From an uncultured Bifidobacterium sp. (lineage in GTDB: Bacteria; Actinomycetota; Acidimicrobiia; Acidimicrobiales; Ilumatobacteraceae), in NCBI GenBank assembly GCA_964599815.1, contig CAZRHK010000002.1:3112-67111 (forward strand): 64,000 nt of DNA, written 5' to 3'. Shown piece after piece: positions 39,586 through 48,312 of this stretch; position 1 is the first letter of the stretch; each line of letters starts with the position of its first letter. The notes beneath the pieces are model-generated. The model did no database searches. It worked only from the letters and a program-made list of their open reading frames with translations, and was not told the origin of the DNA. The position numbers were made by a program, and so were the translations under genes.

Positions 39586-40313
39586 TGGACGAACTACGTA
39601 AAGGCTTTCATCACGAACTAGATGAAGTTCGCACCGATCTGGTGCGCCTCGCTGCGGCCGTGATTGAGGCAATCCCGCGCGCGACTGCCGTCTTGCTGAA
39701 CGGAGACCTTGACGGTGCTAACGCTTTGATTCGCCACGATGATGAGATTGACGCACTCTCGATAGAGCTAGAGGAACGTTGCTACCAATTGTTGGCGTTA
39801 CAGGCCCCAGTGGCTGGCGATCTTCGTCAGTTGGTCGCAATTGTGAAGATGGTGGCAGATATTGAACGATCTGCAGACCTCACAGTGAATATCTGCAAGG
39901 CTGCCCGCAAGATTTATGGTCATGAGTTAGATCCACGAATGCGTGGGCTCATTAGCCGAATGAGTGAGCAGGCTCAGCAATTGTTCTCTGCTGCGTTGGA
40001 ATCATTTGAAGAGAACGATGCCGCAAAAGCAGCAGCAATCGATGACATGGACTCTTTCCTCGACGGTTTGCAACGCGAATTCGTTCGCACCATTTTTGAG
40101 AGCCATGCAGACACAAAGATTGATCTTCAAGTGGCAATCCAAATGGCAATGGTTGCTCGGTTTTACGAACGAATTGGTGATCACGCCGTGAATATCGGTG
40201 AACGAGTGCAATATGTGGTCACCGGATGGCTACCAGAGCACAAGGGCGCAGAACGGTTTAAGTCTGGTCGAGATGACACGGGTGATTACCCAACAATCAG
40301 CCCGAAGTCTTAA
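39585..40313 (+). CDS. phoU: Phosphate signalling modulator PhoU
   Basis: Two PhoU repeats with 'ADIERSADL' and 'FYERIGDHAVNI' motifs. TGATG overlap with pstB. Confidence 0.9.
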   Translation: MDELRKGFHHELDEVRTDLVRLAAAVIEAIPRATAVLLNGDLDGANALIRHDDEIDALSIELEERCYQLLALQAPVAGDLRQLVAIVKMVADIERSADLTVNICKAARKIYGHELDPRMRGLISRMSEQAQQLFSAALESFEENDAAKAAAIDDMDSFLDGLQREFVRTIFESHADTKIDLQVAIQMAMVARFYERIGDHAVNIGERVQYVVTGWLPEHKGAERFKSGRDDTGDYPTISPKS

Positions 40314-40340
40314 TAAACGATTCGACAGCTTGGCAATATC

Positions 40341-41504
40341 GTGAACAGCGTTCTAGTTCTTCTCGCGATAGTGGGATGGGGTGTTGCCGTCATCGCTGTG
40401 AGAACTTCTTCTCGAGAACGAAAAAGACGAGCACTTCTTGAGCTGAAGCCCAGTATTCGAGAGCAGACGCCTGTTCTCCCAGTTGATGCAATTCTCGACT
40501 CCTTGCCATTGGGAGTGGTGGTTGTAGACGTCAATGGACGTGAGCAGTTTCGAAATGCTGCTGCCCGTGATTCATCGGTCGCACGTCACGAAGTTGTTCT
40601 GATTGACGCAGTTATTGAGAGATTGTCCCGAGCAGCAGTGGCTGGAGAACCAGCGACCGAACAAATGGAGCTAGTTGGCCCACCGGTGCGTGTACTAGTG
40701 GTGAGTGCTTTACCTTCTACAAGTACTGGTGCTGTCATCACGGTGGAAGACATCACAGAAAGATGGCGCCTTGATCAGGTGCGTACAGATTTCGTTGCAA
40801 ATGTCAGTCACGAATTGAAGACACCAGTGGGTGCAATTTCAGTTCTTGCTGAAATTCTTGAAGGTGAAATCGACGACGAATCGTCAAAGAATTTGGTTCG
40901 TCGCATGGTGCTGGAAAGTCATCGAATGGCTAGCACGATTGATGATCTTTTAGAGCTGTCACGAATTCAATTAGGTGGAGAGATGACGTTCTCTCCGGTA
41001 GATGTCACTGCGGTTGTGGCTGAGGCTATTGAGCGCTCGCAACCACTTGCTTTGAAGAATCACGTGGCGTTGCAACATGTAACTGTGGACGCTGATTGCA
41101 CAATTTCAGGTGACCGCTTTCAAATACTGTCGGCCGTTGGAAACTTGGTGGATAACGCAATTAAATACAGCGAAGATGGGGGCGAAGTCACAATCTCGGT
41201 GAAGCCCGGAGACGACGAGGTCATCATTGAAGTGGTGGACCACGGAATTGGAATTCCGGTAGCCAGCCTCGACAGAATTTTTGAGCGCTTCTATCGGGTC
41301 GATCGAGCTCGTAGTCGCGATACCGGTGGTACTGGCCTTGGGCTGTCCATTGTTCGCCACGTGGTCACCAATCATGGCGGTGAGGTGAACGTAAGGTCAC
41401 GAGAAGGTGAAGGATCAACGTTTTCGCTGTCTTTGCCGCGCAATCGTGCACATCCAAACGGCACGATAGTGGCTAATGATGAACGAGCAGTTGACAATGG
41501 CTAA
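40341..41504 (+). CDS. senX3: Sensor histidine kinase, SenX3/PhoR type
   Basis: N-terminal TM helix and a PAS-like region. H-box 'VSHELKTP', N-box 'LVDNAIKYS', G-boxes 'DHGIGI' and 'GTGLGLSIV'. Confidence 0.85.
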   Translation: MNSVLVLLAIVGWGVAVIAVRTSSRERKRRALLELKPSIREQTPVLPVDAILDSLPLGVVVVDVNGREQFRNAAARDSSVARHEVVLIDAVIERLSRAAVAGEPATEQMELVGPPVRVLVVSALPSTSTGAVITVEDITERWRLDQVRTDFVANVSHELKTPVGAISVLAEILEGEIDDESSKNLVRRMVLESHRMASTIDDLLELSRIQLGGEMTFSPVDVTAVVAEAIERSQPLALKNHVALQHVTVDADCTISGDRFQILSAVGNLVDNAIKYSEDGGEVTISVKPGDDEVIIEVVDHGIGIPVASLDRIFERFYRVDRARSRDTGGTGLGLSIVRHVVTNHGGEVNVRSREGEGSTFSLSLPRNRAHPNGTIVANDERAVDNG

Positions 41505-42210
41505 TCAAACAATTTTGGTTGTAGAGGACGAAGAGTCTTTTGTTGAAGCACTCAAAGTCGGCCTAAAGCGTGAAGGCTTTCGAGTGGAGGTGGCCCGCGA
41601 TGGGGTGCAGGCCCTAGAGATGTTTGACATTGTGAAGCCTGATGTGATTTTGCTGGACATCATGCTCCCACGAATGTCTGGAATTGATGTCTGTCGCCAA
41701 CTTCGCAAGAAAACTCTGACGCCAATCATTATGGTGACAGCAAAAGGTGCAGAAATTGACACAGTTGTCGGTTTAGAAGTTGGCGCTGACGATTACGTCA
41801 CCAAGCCATATCGCATGCGAGAACTCACGGCGCGGATTCGTGCTGTATTGCGTCGCGTTCCATCTGATCGCGCAGACCGCGGTGGCGAATTATCTTCTGG
41901 GTCGCTGCACGTTGGCGATGTTGCTCTTGATCCAGACGAGCATTTTGTGGTGATTCGTGGCGAAACGCACAAATTGCCGTTGAAGGAATTTGAATTGCTT
42001 CACATTTTACTGGCAAATGCTGGTCGGGTGTTGTCTCGCGATGTTCTCATCGACCGCGTGTGGGGCAGTGATTACGTTGGTGATACCAAGACTCTTGACG
42101 TGCACATCAAACGTTTACGCACCAAAGTAGAAGATGACCCAGCACAACCTTCTCGTATCGTCACAATCCGTGGGCTTGGGTACAAATACGAGAAGTCGCG
42201 TACGGCGTAG
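41497..42210 (+). CDS. regX3: OmpR-family response regulator, RegX3/PhoP type
   Basis: 'ILVVEDEESF', phospho-acceptor 'LLDIMLPRMSG', and a winged-helix C-domain ('LDVHIKRLRTKVE', 'IVTIRGLGY'). 8-nt overlap with the kinase gene. Confidence 0.9.
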   Translation: MANQTILVVEDEESFVEALKVGLKREGFRVEVARDGVQALEMFDIVKPDVILLDIMLPRMSGIDVCRQLRKKTLTPIIMVTAKGAEIDTVVGLEVGADDYVTKPYRMRELTARIRAVLRRVPSDRADRGGELSSGSLHVGDVALDPDEHFVVIRGETHKLPLKEFELLHILLANAGRVLSRDVLIDRVWGSDYVGDTKTLDVHIKRLRTKVEDDPAQPSRIVTIRGLGYKYEKSRTA

Positions 42211-42219
42211 TATCACTCC

Positions 42220-43482
42220 GTGGCAACACGGAAGAAAGTGACAACTCCCTCTAGGCCTGGCTTGCCGCCTCCCACACCCATCCGACGTATGGGTCGGGTT
42301 CATTCACTAATGGTTGCTGGCGAAGCGGCCATGACAATTGCACTTGCAGATTCTCTATTTCTATCTGTGTCACCAGATGCTGCGCGCGGGAAAGTAATTC
42401 TCTTCTTGGCTGTGAGTATGGCTCCGTTCATCATCGTGGCGCCGTTTGTGGGGCCGTTGATTGACAGAATTCGTGGTGGTCAACGGTTTGTGGTCATCAT
42501 GGTGGGTCTCTTGCGCGCCCTTGTGCTGGTGGGGATGACGCAAGTGTTGGATTCATTCACACTGTTTCCATTGGCGTTTTCAGCCTTGATTCTTGCGAAG
42601 ACATACGCAATTTCTAAGTCGGCAATTATCCCCACAATCATCAACAACGACGATGAATTCGTGGCGGCAAATAGCAAGCTTGGTCAGATTGCTGGCGTCA
42701 CTGGTTTTGTTGTTGCGGTGCCCGCTGGCTTATTGCAATTGATAGATGCCAGATTGTGTCTTGGCCTTGGTGTGATTGCGTATCTCTTTGCATCATTGAA
42801 CGCCTATCGATTGCCGAAGACTGTGATTGCAGAAAAACCTGCAGGACAACTTGAAATTGAAGAGCTGCATTCGCCCGACGTATTGCGGGCTGCACTGGCG
42901 ATGAGAGTGTTGCGTGGAACAGTTGGATTCAACTTTTTCCATCTTGCATTTTGGTTGCGAAACGAAACTGCTGGAACATTGTGGTTTGGCCTTGCGATCT
43001 CATTGTCAGGTCTAGCCACCCTGGGCGCAAACTTTGTTGGTCCATACATTCGGCGTCGCATGAGCGAAAAATGGATGATGGTAGGAAGTCTGTGCTTCGT
43101 TGGAATCGTTGGGGTGATTGCAGCGTTCTCTGGGCGCATTGTTGCTGGCATCGCTCTTGCATCGGCTGTCAATGCTGCGGCTGCCATTTGTCGACTTGCA
43201 TTTGAGTCGGTGGTGCAAAGTGGTGCGCCCGATGCAAACCGAGGACGAGCCTTTTCAAAATTTGAAACTCATAACCAAATCGCATGGGTCATTGGTGGTC
43301 TCATTCCCGTTATTTTCAGCCCTGCAGGCTGGTTTGGTTTTGCCTGCATGGGTATTGCAGGGCTTGGTGGAGCTGTGTTGTATTTCCAAAAACCAACTGG
43401 CGCTATGACACTTCAAGGCGGGCCAGCCAAAGACCGGGGGCCTCGATCTCATTCGGAGTTGGAAGATTCGCCGGATCTGTAA
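42220..43482 (+). CDS. MFS-type transporter
   Basis: About 12 hydrophobic helices in two halves with basic inter-helix loops. GTG start is tentative; a Met is also present about 24 codons in. Confidence 0.7.
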   Translation: MATRKKVTTPSRPGLPPPTPIRRMGRVHSLMVAGEAAMTIALADSLFLSVSPDAARGKVILFLAVSMAPFIIVAPFVGPLIDRIRGGQRFVVIMVGLLRALVLVGMTQVLDSFTLFPLAFSALILAKTYAISKSAIIPTIINNDDEFVAANSKLGQIAGVTGFVVAVPAGLLQLIDARLCLGLGVIAYLFASLNAYRLPKTVIAEKPAGQLEIEELHSPDVLRAALAMRVLRGTVGFNFFHLAFWLRNETAGTLWFGLAISLSGLATLGANFVGPYIRRRMSEKWMMVGSLCFVGIVGVIAAFSGRIVAGIALASAVNAAAAICRLAFESVVQSGAPDANRGRAFSKFETHNQIAWVIGGLIPVIFSPAGWFGFACMGIAGLGGAVLYFQKPTGAMTLQGGPAKDRGPRSHSELEDSPDL

Positions 43483-44581
43483 GCAACGCATGCAACGAAG
43501 TGGCGTCTGATCGTTCCACCACACCATCAATGAAAGCGCGACCACGTACCTGTTGGGCACGAGATGTAGAAATGCCGAGCAAACGTTCAATGAGTTGAGC
43601 ATCTGAGCCGTAATCAACACGACGTCGACGTACAGCTTCTGCAATTGGTGATGCGGTGCCGAGTAGTCGAGCGCTCACCGTGTCAACGACGAAATCGATG
43701 TAACCGGTAACGGCGGCGACATACGCGTTGAGCACTGGTGCCATTGCTTCTTGTTCTGGCGTTCGCATTGCTCCCATCAAAACCATGGGGTCGGAGAACA
43801 ATGACTGAATGCGTGACATGGCGTCTGCATCGGATGGGTCAAGTTCTCCAATACTGTCCATAAGGGCTTGAGGGTCTGGACGAAACGCGGAGACATGCCG
43901 TTGCAGTAACGGCATAAAGCCATTTTGTATGGAAGGTGTGGCAAGAACCGCGTGTGATGACAACTCGTGAATCAACACCCACATTCGCAAATCATCGAGC
44001 GCAATGCTCCATTCTTTGGCAAACGAATCAACAGACGACGACACAATCAAAATCTCAGAGGCGTGTGGTCTTGAAAGAGGCAATTCATATTGACCGAGAG
44101 CATGTTGCGCAAGTGCGCCAATCATGGACCCAATAGACATCCCCATCATTGCGGGAGCCATCATGTTGGACAGGTTTGTCAACATGGCTGCCATGGGATC
44201 ATCTGGGGTATCGCCAGAGTCTGTTCGAGTGCTGAGAGCAGTAGCGAGGTCTGTGAAGAGGGGTCGCAGGTCTGACAACGTACGGTGCGCCCACCGTGCA
44301 CGCGTTGTTGTGAGAATCTCGGTGTGTCGATCCTTTGGCCCAGTGGACAACGACGTGATTTCTTGAACATGCAGATCGGCGATGTCGGCAAGTGAGTTGT
44401 ATGTGATGCGAACCGACGCGTCGGGCTCTGGGTCTGGTGAATCGCCGACTGCTCCGAGTTGAGCGAATTGCTGAGCTAAGTCCCAGTTCAAAGGTCCCTG
44501 TTGAGACATTGCACGCATCATGTCGTTGAAAAACGGCAGTCCACCAAAGGGGTTTTGCGGGGGGAAATCGCCATCGGCCAT
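43403..44581 (-). CDS. DUF2342-type putative zinc metalloprotease (F420-biosynthesis-associated hydrolase family)
   Basis: N-terminus 'NPFGGLPFFNDMMRAM..GPLNWDLA' and overall layout resemble the actinobacterial DUF2342 family. The motif region reads 'IHELSSH' (43952-43969). Confidence 0.65.
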   Translation of the reverse strand: MADGDFPPQNPFGGLPFFNDMMRAMSQQGPLNWDLAQQFAQLGAVGDSPDPEPDASVRITYNSLADIADLHVQEITSLSTGPKDRHTEILTTTRARWAHRTLSDLRPLFTDLATALSTRTDSGDTPDDPMAAMLTNLSNMMAPAMMGMSIGSMIGALAQHALGQYELPLSRPHASEILIVSSSVDSFAKEWSIALDDLRMWVLIHELSSHAVLATPSIQNGFMPLLQRHVSAFRPDPQALMDSIGELDPSDADAMSRIQSLFSDPMVLMGAMRTPEQEAMAPVLNAYVAAVTGYIDFVVDTVSARLLGTASPIAEAVRRRRVDYGSDAQLIERLLGISTSRAQQVRGRAFIDGVVERSDATSLHALLTDPANLPTPNEIEAPGLWLARLEVS

Positions 44582-44610
44582 ACGGTCAGGCTAGATGGAA
44601 ATCTGTGGAG

Positions 44611-45369
44611 TTAGCGGCCAGCTAAGTACTTCAGCGCCTTGCCGGGCACAGTTCGGTGGGCATGTTTCATTCGCACAATAAGACCAACAATCTCGCTTGA
44701 CTTGTTCACGACAACGGCCAGACCTTTTACTGATGTATCCATGTTGACCGGATGAGCATCTGTGACTTCTTGCGACGACAGGCTTGGCTCTGATGCAAGA
44801 GAATGAATTTGGAATGCATCAACGATGCGGCAATCGTGAAGTTGGTCTGCGGATAGTTGATCGACAATGTTGTTGAAGTTGAAAGAGGGGATTTCCTCTC
44901 CTGCTCCAACGCGGATCACACTGAGACCAATGTCCTTGTTTTCGCGGACAACAGTGAATGCTGTTCCAAACGATGCTGGAAATTCTTTAGTCTTAATGTC
45001 TTCTGTTGCAACAAGCCACAACCTGTTTCCAAGTGACAACGCGCTTGTTTGGCCGCCAATGCCTCGTAAGCCAACAATTGATGCGAGTCCAGAACCCTTC
45101 ACCGACGGCACTGTGGTGGGCGCAATGGGGTTGTCGTCGTTTGGCTGGGTGTAACCCTCTATCCCTTTAGGGATGGCCACTGTGAGGACGGCCAATGAGG
45201 TGAGAACACTTGCAATCACCGTGAGCGCAGTGAGTCGACGGCCAAGCGGAGGGGAACTTCCAAGGTGTCGCGCACGTTCGGTGTCGGCAACTTCAGCGGG
45301 GTGACGCCATCCTCTGTCGTACGGCGGTACGGGAGATGAGTTGGGGTTCTCAAAATCATCCGTGGTCAC
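44611..45369 (-). CDS. Hypothetical membrane-anchored protein (possibly a degenerate trypsin-fold domain)
   Basis: Cytoplasmic N-tail, one TM helix (LTALTVIASVLTSLAVLTVAI), and an extracytoplasmic roughly 170-aa domain. See the findings for the weak protease-like pattern. Confidence 0.5.
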   Translation of the reverse strand: MTTDDFENPNSSPVPPYDRGWRHPAEVADTERARHLGSSPPLGRRLTALTVIASVLTSLAVLTVAIPKGIEGYTQPNDDNPIAPTTVPSVKGSGLASIVGLRGIGGQTSALSLGNRLWLVATEDIKTKEFPASFGTAFTVVRENKDIGLSVIRVGAGEEIPSFNFNNIVDQLSADQLHDCRIVDAFQIHSLASEPSLSSQEVTDAHPVNMDTSVKGLAVVVNKSSEIVGLIVRMKHAHRTVPGKALKYLAGR

Positions 45370-45454
45370 AAAGAGAGAAGAGTAATCCCGTCACTTCACG
45401 AAGTGGTGTCGCCATCTCAGGTATGAGCTCTGTGCGGGGGAGTACGATGACACC

Positions 45455-45934
45455 ATGGTGAGTGCAGCGGTCGGTGATGAATGGTGTGAACTCACCACCA
45501 ATCCACTGCCCATTGGCGCCATTTACGAATGGGCTGTCAGGCCCGATTGTGGCGCAGTTGTCCTTTTTTCTGGCACCGTGCGTGATCACGCCGAAGGACG
45601 TACAGATGTAACGTCACTTGACTACGAGGCCTACGACGAAGCTGCTCTTCCAGCGTTTCGGAAAATTGTTGAAGAAACACGTCGGCGTTTTCCCGATGCT
45701 CGTCGGATTGCAATCATTCATCGCACAGGTCGGGTGGACCTCACAGAATCGTCTGTAGTTGTTGCAGTGTCGTCGCCTCATCGCCCTGTTGCATTTGACG
45801 CTGCGCGATTTGCAATCGACGCTTTGAAAGAAAGCGCACCGATTTGGAAAAAAGAAAATTGGGTCGGCGGATCCGATTGGGGAACCGGAGCGCATGACGT
45901 TGTGCCTCCATCATCTGTAGGACGTAGTTCATGA
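45455..45934 (+). CDS. moaE: Molybdopterin synthase catalytic subunit
   Basis: 'CGAVVLFSGTVRDH', 'LDYEAY', 'SSVVVAVSSPHR' and 'APIWKKE' motifs. Confidence 0.9.
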   Translation: MVSAAVGDEWCELTTNPLPIGAIYEWAVRPDCGAVVLFSGTVRDHAEGRTDVTSLDYEAYDEAALPAFRKIVEETRRRFPDARRIAIIHRTGRVDLTESSVVVAVSSPHRPVAFDAARFAIDALKESAPIWKKENWVGGSDWGTGAHDVVPPSSVGRSS

Positions 45935-46137
45935 TTTCAATGTCATTCATCAGTGGGTTTTTCTGGGTGATGGCCATCATCTCCGGATCAACGTTGTTAA
46001 CGCTGGTGTACTTAGACAATCGAAAGAGTCGCATTGACGACGGCATTGCGCAGTTTCGTCGTCACATTGATGCATTGTCGCCAGAAGCTCGTCGTAGTTC
46101 TGTGCAACGAAACAACGACGAAGGATGGGGCCGCTAA
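45931..46137 (+). CDS. Small single-pass membrane protein (68 aa)
   Basis: ATGA overlap with moaE and TAATG overlap with mreB. N-terminal TM helix (FISGFFWVMAIISGSTLLTLVYL) plus a basic tail. Confidence 0.5.
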   Translation: MISMSFISGFFWVMAIISGSTLLTLVYLDNRKSRIDDGIAQFRRHIDALSPEARRSSVQRNNDEGWGR

Positions 46138-47141
46138 TGGCACGTGACTTAGCCATCGACCTTGGAACCGCCAACACGCTGGTGTACATGAAGGGCAAGG
46201 GCATTGTTCTCAATGAGCCTTCAGTGATTGCGGTGAATCGTCAATCTGGCGAGGTTCTTGCTACTGGTCATGACGCCTGGGACATGATTGGTAGGACACC
46301 TAGTTACATCGTTGCTGTGCGTCCGCTTCGTGGTGGGGCTATCACAGACTTCGACATCACCGAACGCATGATTCGCTTGCTGTTACAGCGTGTTGGCGTT
46401 TCTCGCTTTACGCGCCCCAAAGTTGTTATTTGTGTGCCATCGGCAATCACCGAAGTTGAACGACGCGCCGTGACCGATGCAACTCGTCGCGCTGGCGCAT
46501 CCGATGCGCAATTAATTGAACAGCCAATGGCAGCAGCAATTGGAGCCAACCTTCCAATTGATGAGCCAGTGGGCAACATGGTGATCGACATTGGTGGTGG
46601 CACCACAGAGACTGCGGTCATCAGCTTGGGTGGCATTGTTGCGCTTGAAGCAGTCCGTGTTGGCAGTTTCGATATTGACGCTGCAATTCAAAACTATGTG
46701 CGTCGCGAACACGGCGTGGCAATTGGTGAACGCACCGCTGAAGAGATCAAGATTCAAATTGGTTCTGCTGAGCCAGGTCCTGCGGATAGAAGTGCAGATA
46801 TTCGTGGTCGAGATCTGGTCACAGGATTACCGAAGACTGTTCGCTTAACTGCAGAAGAAGTGCGTTTCGCTATTGACGAACCTGTTGCAGCAATGGTGCA
46901 ATCGGTGAAGCGTTGTTTGGCAAAAGCACCACCAGAACTTGCACAAGATTTCTTGGCTCGCGGAATGTACCTTGTTGGCGGTGGCGGCATGTTGCGTGGA
47001 CTTGCGCAGCGTATTGAACGTGAAACTGAAGTGCCAGTAAAAATGTCACCACAGCCGCTTGAAGCAGTTGTTCTTGGTGCAGGTCACTGTATTGAGAACT
47101 ATCAAGCACTTCGCGGCATGTTCATGGGAACACGTCGCTAA
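46137..47141 (+). CDS. mreB: Rod-shape-determining actin homologue MreB
   Basis: 'LAIDLGTANTLVY', 'VVICVPS', 'MVIDIGGGTTE' and 'YLVGGGGMLRGL' motifs. Confidence 0.93.
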   Translation: MARDLAIDLGTANTLVYMKGKGIVLNEPSVIAVNRQSGEVLATGHDAWDMIGRTPSYIVAVRPLRGGAITDFDITERMIRLLLQRVGVSRFTRPKVVICVPSAITEVERRAVTDATRRAGASDAQLIEQPMAAAIGANLPIDEPVGNMVIDIGGGTTETAVISLGGIVALEAVRVGSFDIDAAIQNYVRREHGVAIGERTAEEIKIQIGSAEPGPADRSADIRGRDLVTGLPKTVRLTAEEVRFAIDEPVAAMVQSVKRCLAKAPPELAQDFLARGMYLVGGGGMLRGLAQRIERETEVPVKMSPQPLEAVVLGAGHCIENYQALRGMFMGTRR

Positions 47142-47145
47142 AGAA

Positions 47146-48312
47146 TTATTTGCGCGTCACACGTACTTCGCGCACTTTTCCATCGCTTGTCAAGATGTAC
47201 ATCGCGTTTGATGTTGAACGAACTGCAGTGACGTTTCCAAGACCTGTGGCGACCGTTTCCTCGCCAACCGTGTATGAACCATCGGTGAGGATGGCAATGA
47301 CCTCGCCAGAGCAGTAATCGCCAAAGTAGAACCAACCAGCTCGGCCCGGAGTGGATGTGTTGTTTCCCACTGCTGCTCCAGAAATGGAGCATCTGCTGTT
47401 GTCGTGGCTGTATTCATACACGGGTGGTTGCGCATCGTTTGTTGATACGTCGGCGTTGAACCGGTGGGACCCTTCGTAAGCGCTCCACCCCAGATTGGCA
47501 CCTTTGCCCCCGGGTGTGTTGTTTTGCGCAGGCAGTGCGTTGACCTCTTCCCATTTGTTTTGTCCAACGTCTGCAATCCATAAGTTTCCATGCGTGTCGA
47601 AGGTGAATCGCCATGGGTTGCGAACTCCGATGGACCAAATCTCTGGATATGTAGCCCCGAGGAATGGGTTGTCGGGTGGGACGTCATAGTCGCCAGTGGG
47701 ACCTGGATTGATGCGCAACATCTTTCCGAGAAGTGACGACATATCTAATGCGTGTCGTTCAGGATCGTTGGCACTTCCGCCGTCGCCTGTGCCGATGTAC
47801 AACATGTTGTCTGGGCCAACTGCAAGTCCTCCGCCATTGTGATTGGCGTACGGCTGCGGAATCTCCATAACAAAGGCGCCTGGATCAGACGTTGACATAA
47901 ATGTGCCGTCGGCGTTGACGTTCAGCAGTGAGATGATGGTGTTGCCCTCAAGGTCTGTGCGATTCAAGAACGCTTGCCATTGATTTTCTACCTGTCGAAA
48001 TGCAAGCCCAAGCAGGCCTCGTTCGCCACCAACACTTGTGTACTCCGAGATGTCCAGAATGGTGGAACGCTGCTGACCGTCACGAGACCATTTCTGAATG
48101 ACGCCAGATTGTGAGACAACGTAAAACCACGAGTCTTCTGGTGATCGCTCGACAAGATCTACTGGCGATGGAATCGTTCCAATCTCAATCGTGGAATATG
48201 AAACCGACGTATTAACGCTCTCAGTAGTTGTTGAAGACGTTGTGCTTGAAGTAGCAGACGCACCACACCCAGCGAGAACAAACGCGCTGAGAAATAGTGC
48301 TACTCGCTTCAT
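47146..48312 (-). CDS. PQQ-dependent sugar (glucose/sorbosone) dehydrogenase-family lipoprotein
   Basis: Lipobox 'FVLAGC'. Beta-propeller motifs 'RGLLGLAF', 'HNGGGLAVGPDNMLYIGTGDGG', 'GKMLRINP' and 'WSIGVRNPWRFTFD'. Confidence 0.85.
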   Translation of the reverse strand: MKRVALFLSAFVLAGCGASATSSTTSSTTTESVNTSVSYSTIEIGTIPSPVDLVERSPEDSWFYVVSQSGVIQKWSRDGQQRSTILDISEYTSVGGERGLLGLAFRQVENQWQAFLNRTDLEGNTIISLLNVNADGTFMSTSDPGAFVMEIPQPYANHNGGGLAVGPDNMLYIGTGDGGSANDPERHALDMSSLLGKMLRINPGPTGDYDVPPDNPFLGATYPEIWSIGVRNPWRFTFDTHGNLWIADVGQNKWEEVNALPAQNNTPGGKGANLGWSAYEGSHRFNADVSTNDAQPPVYEYSHDNSRCSISGAAVGNNTSTPGRAGWFYFGDYCSGEVIAILTDGSYTVGEETVATGLGNVTAVRSTSNAMYILTSDGKVREVRVTRK

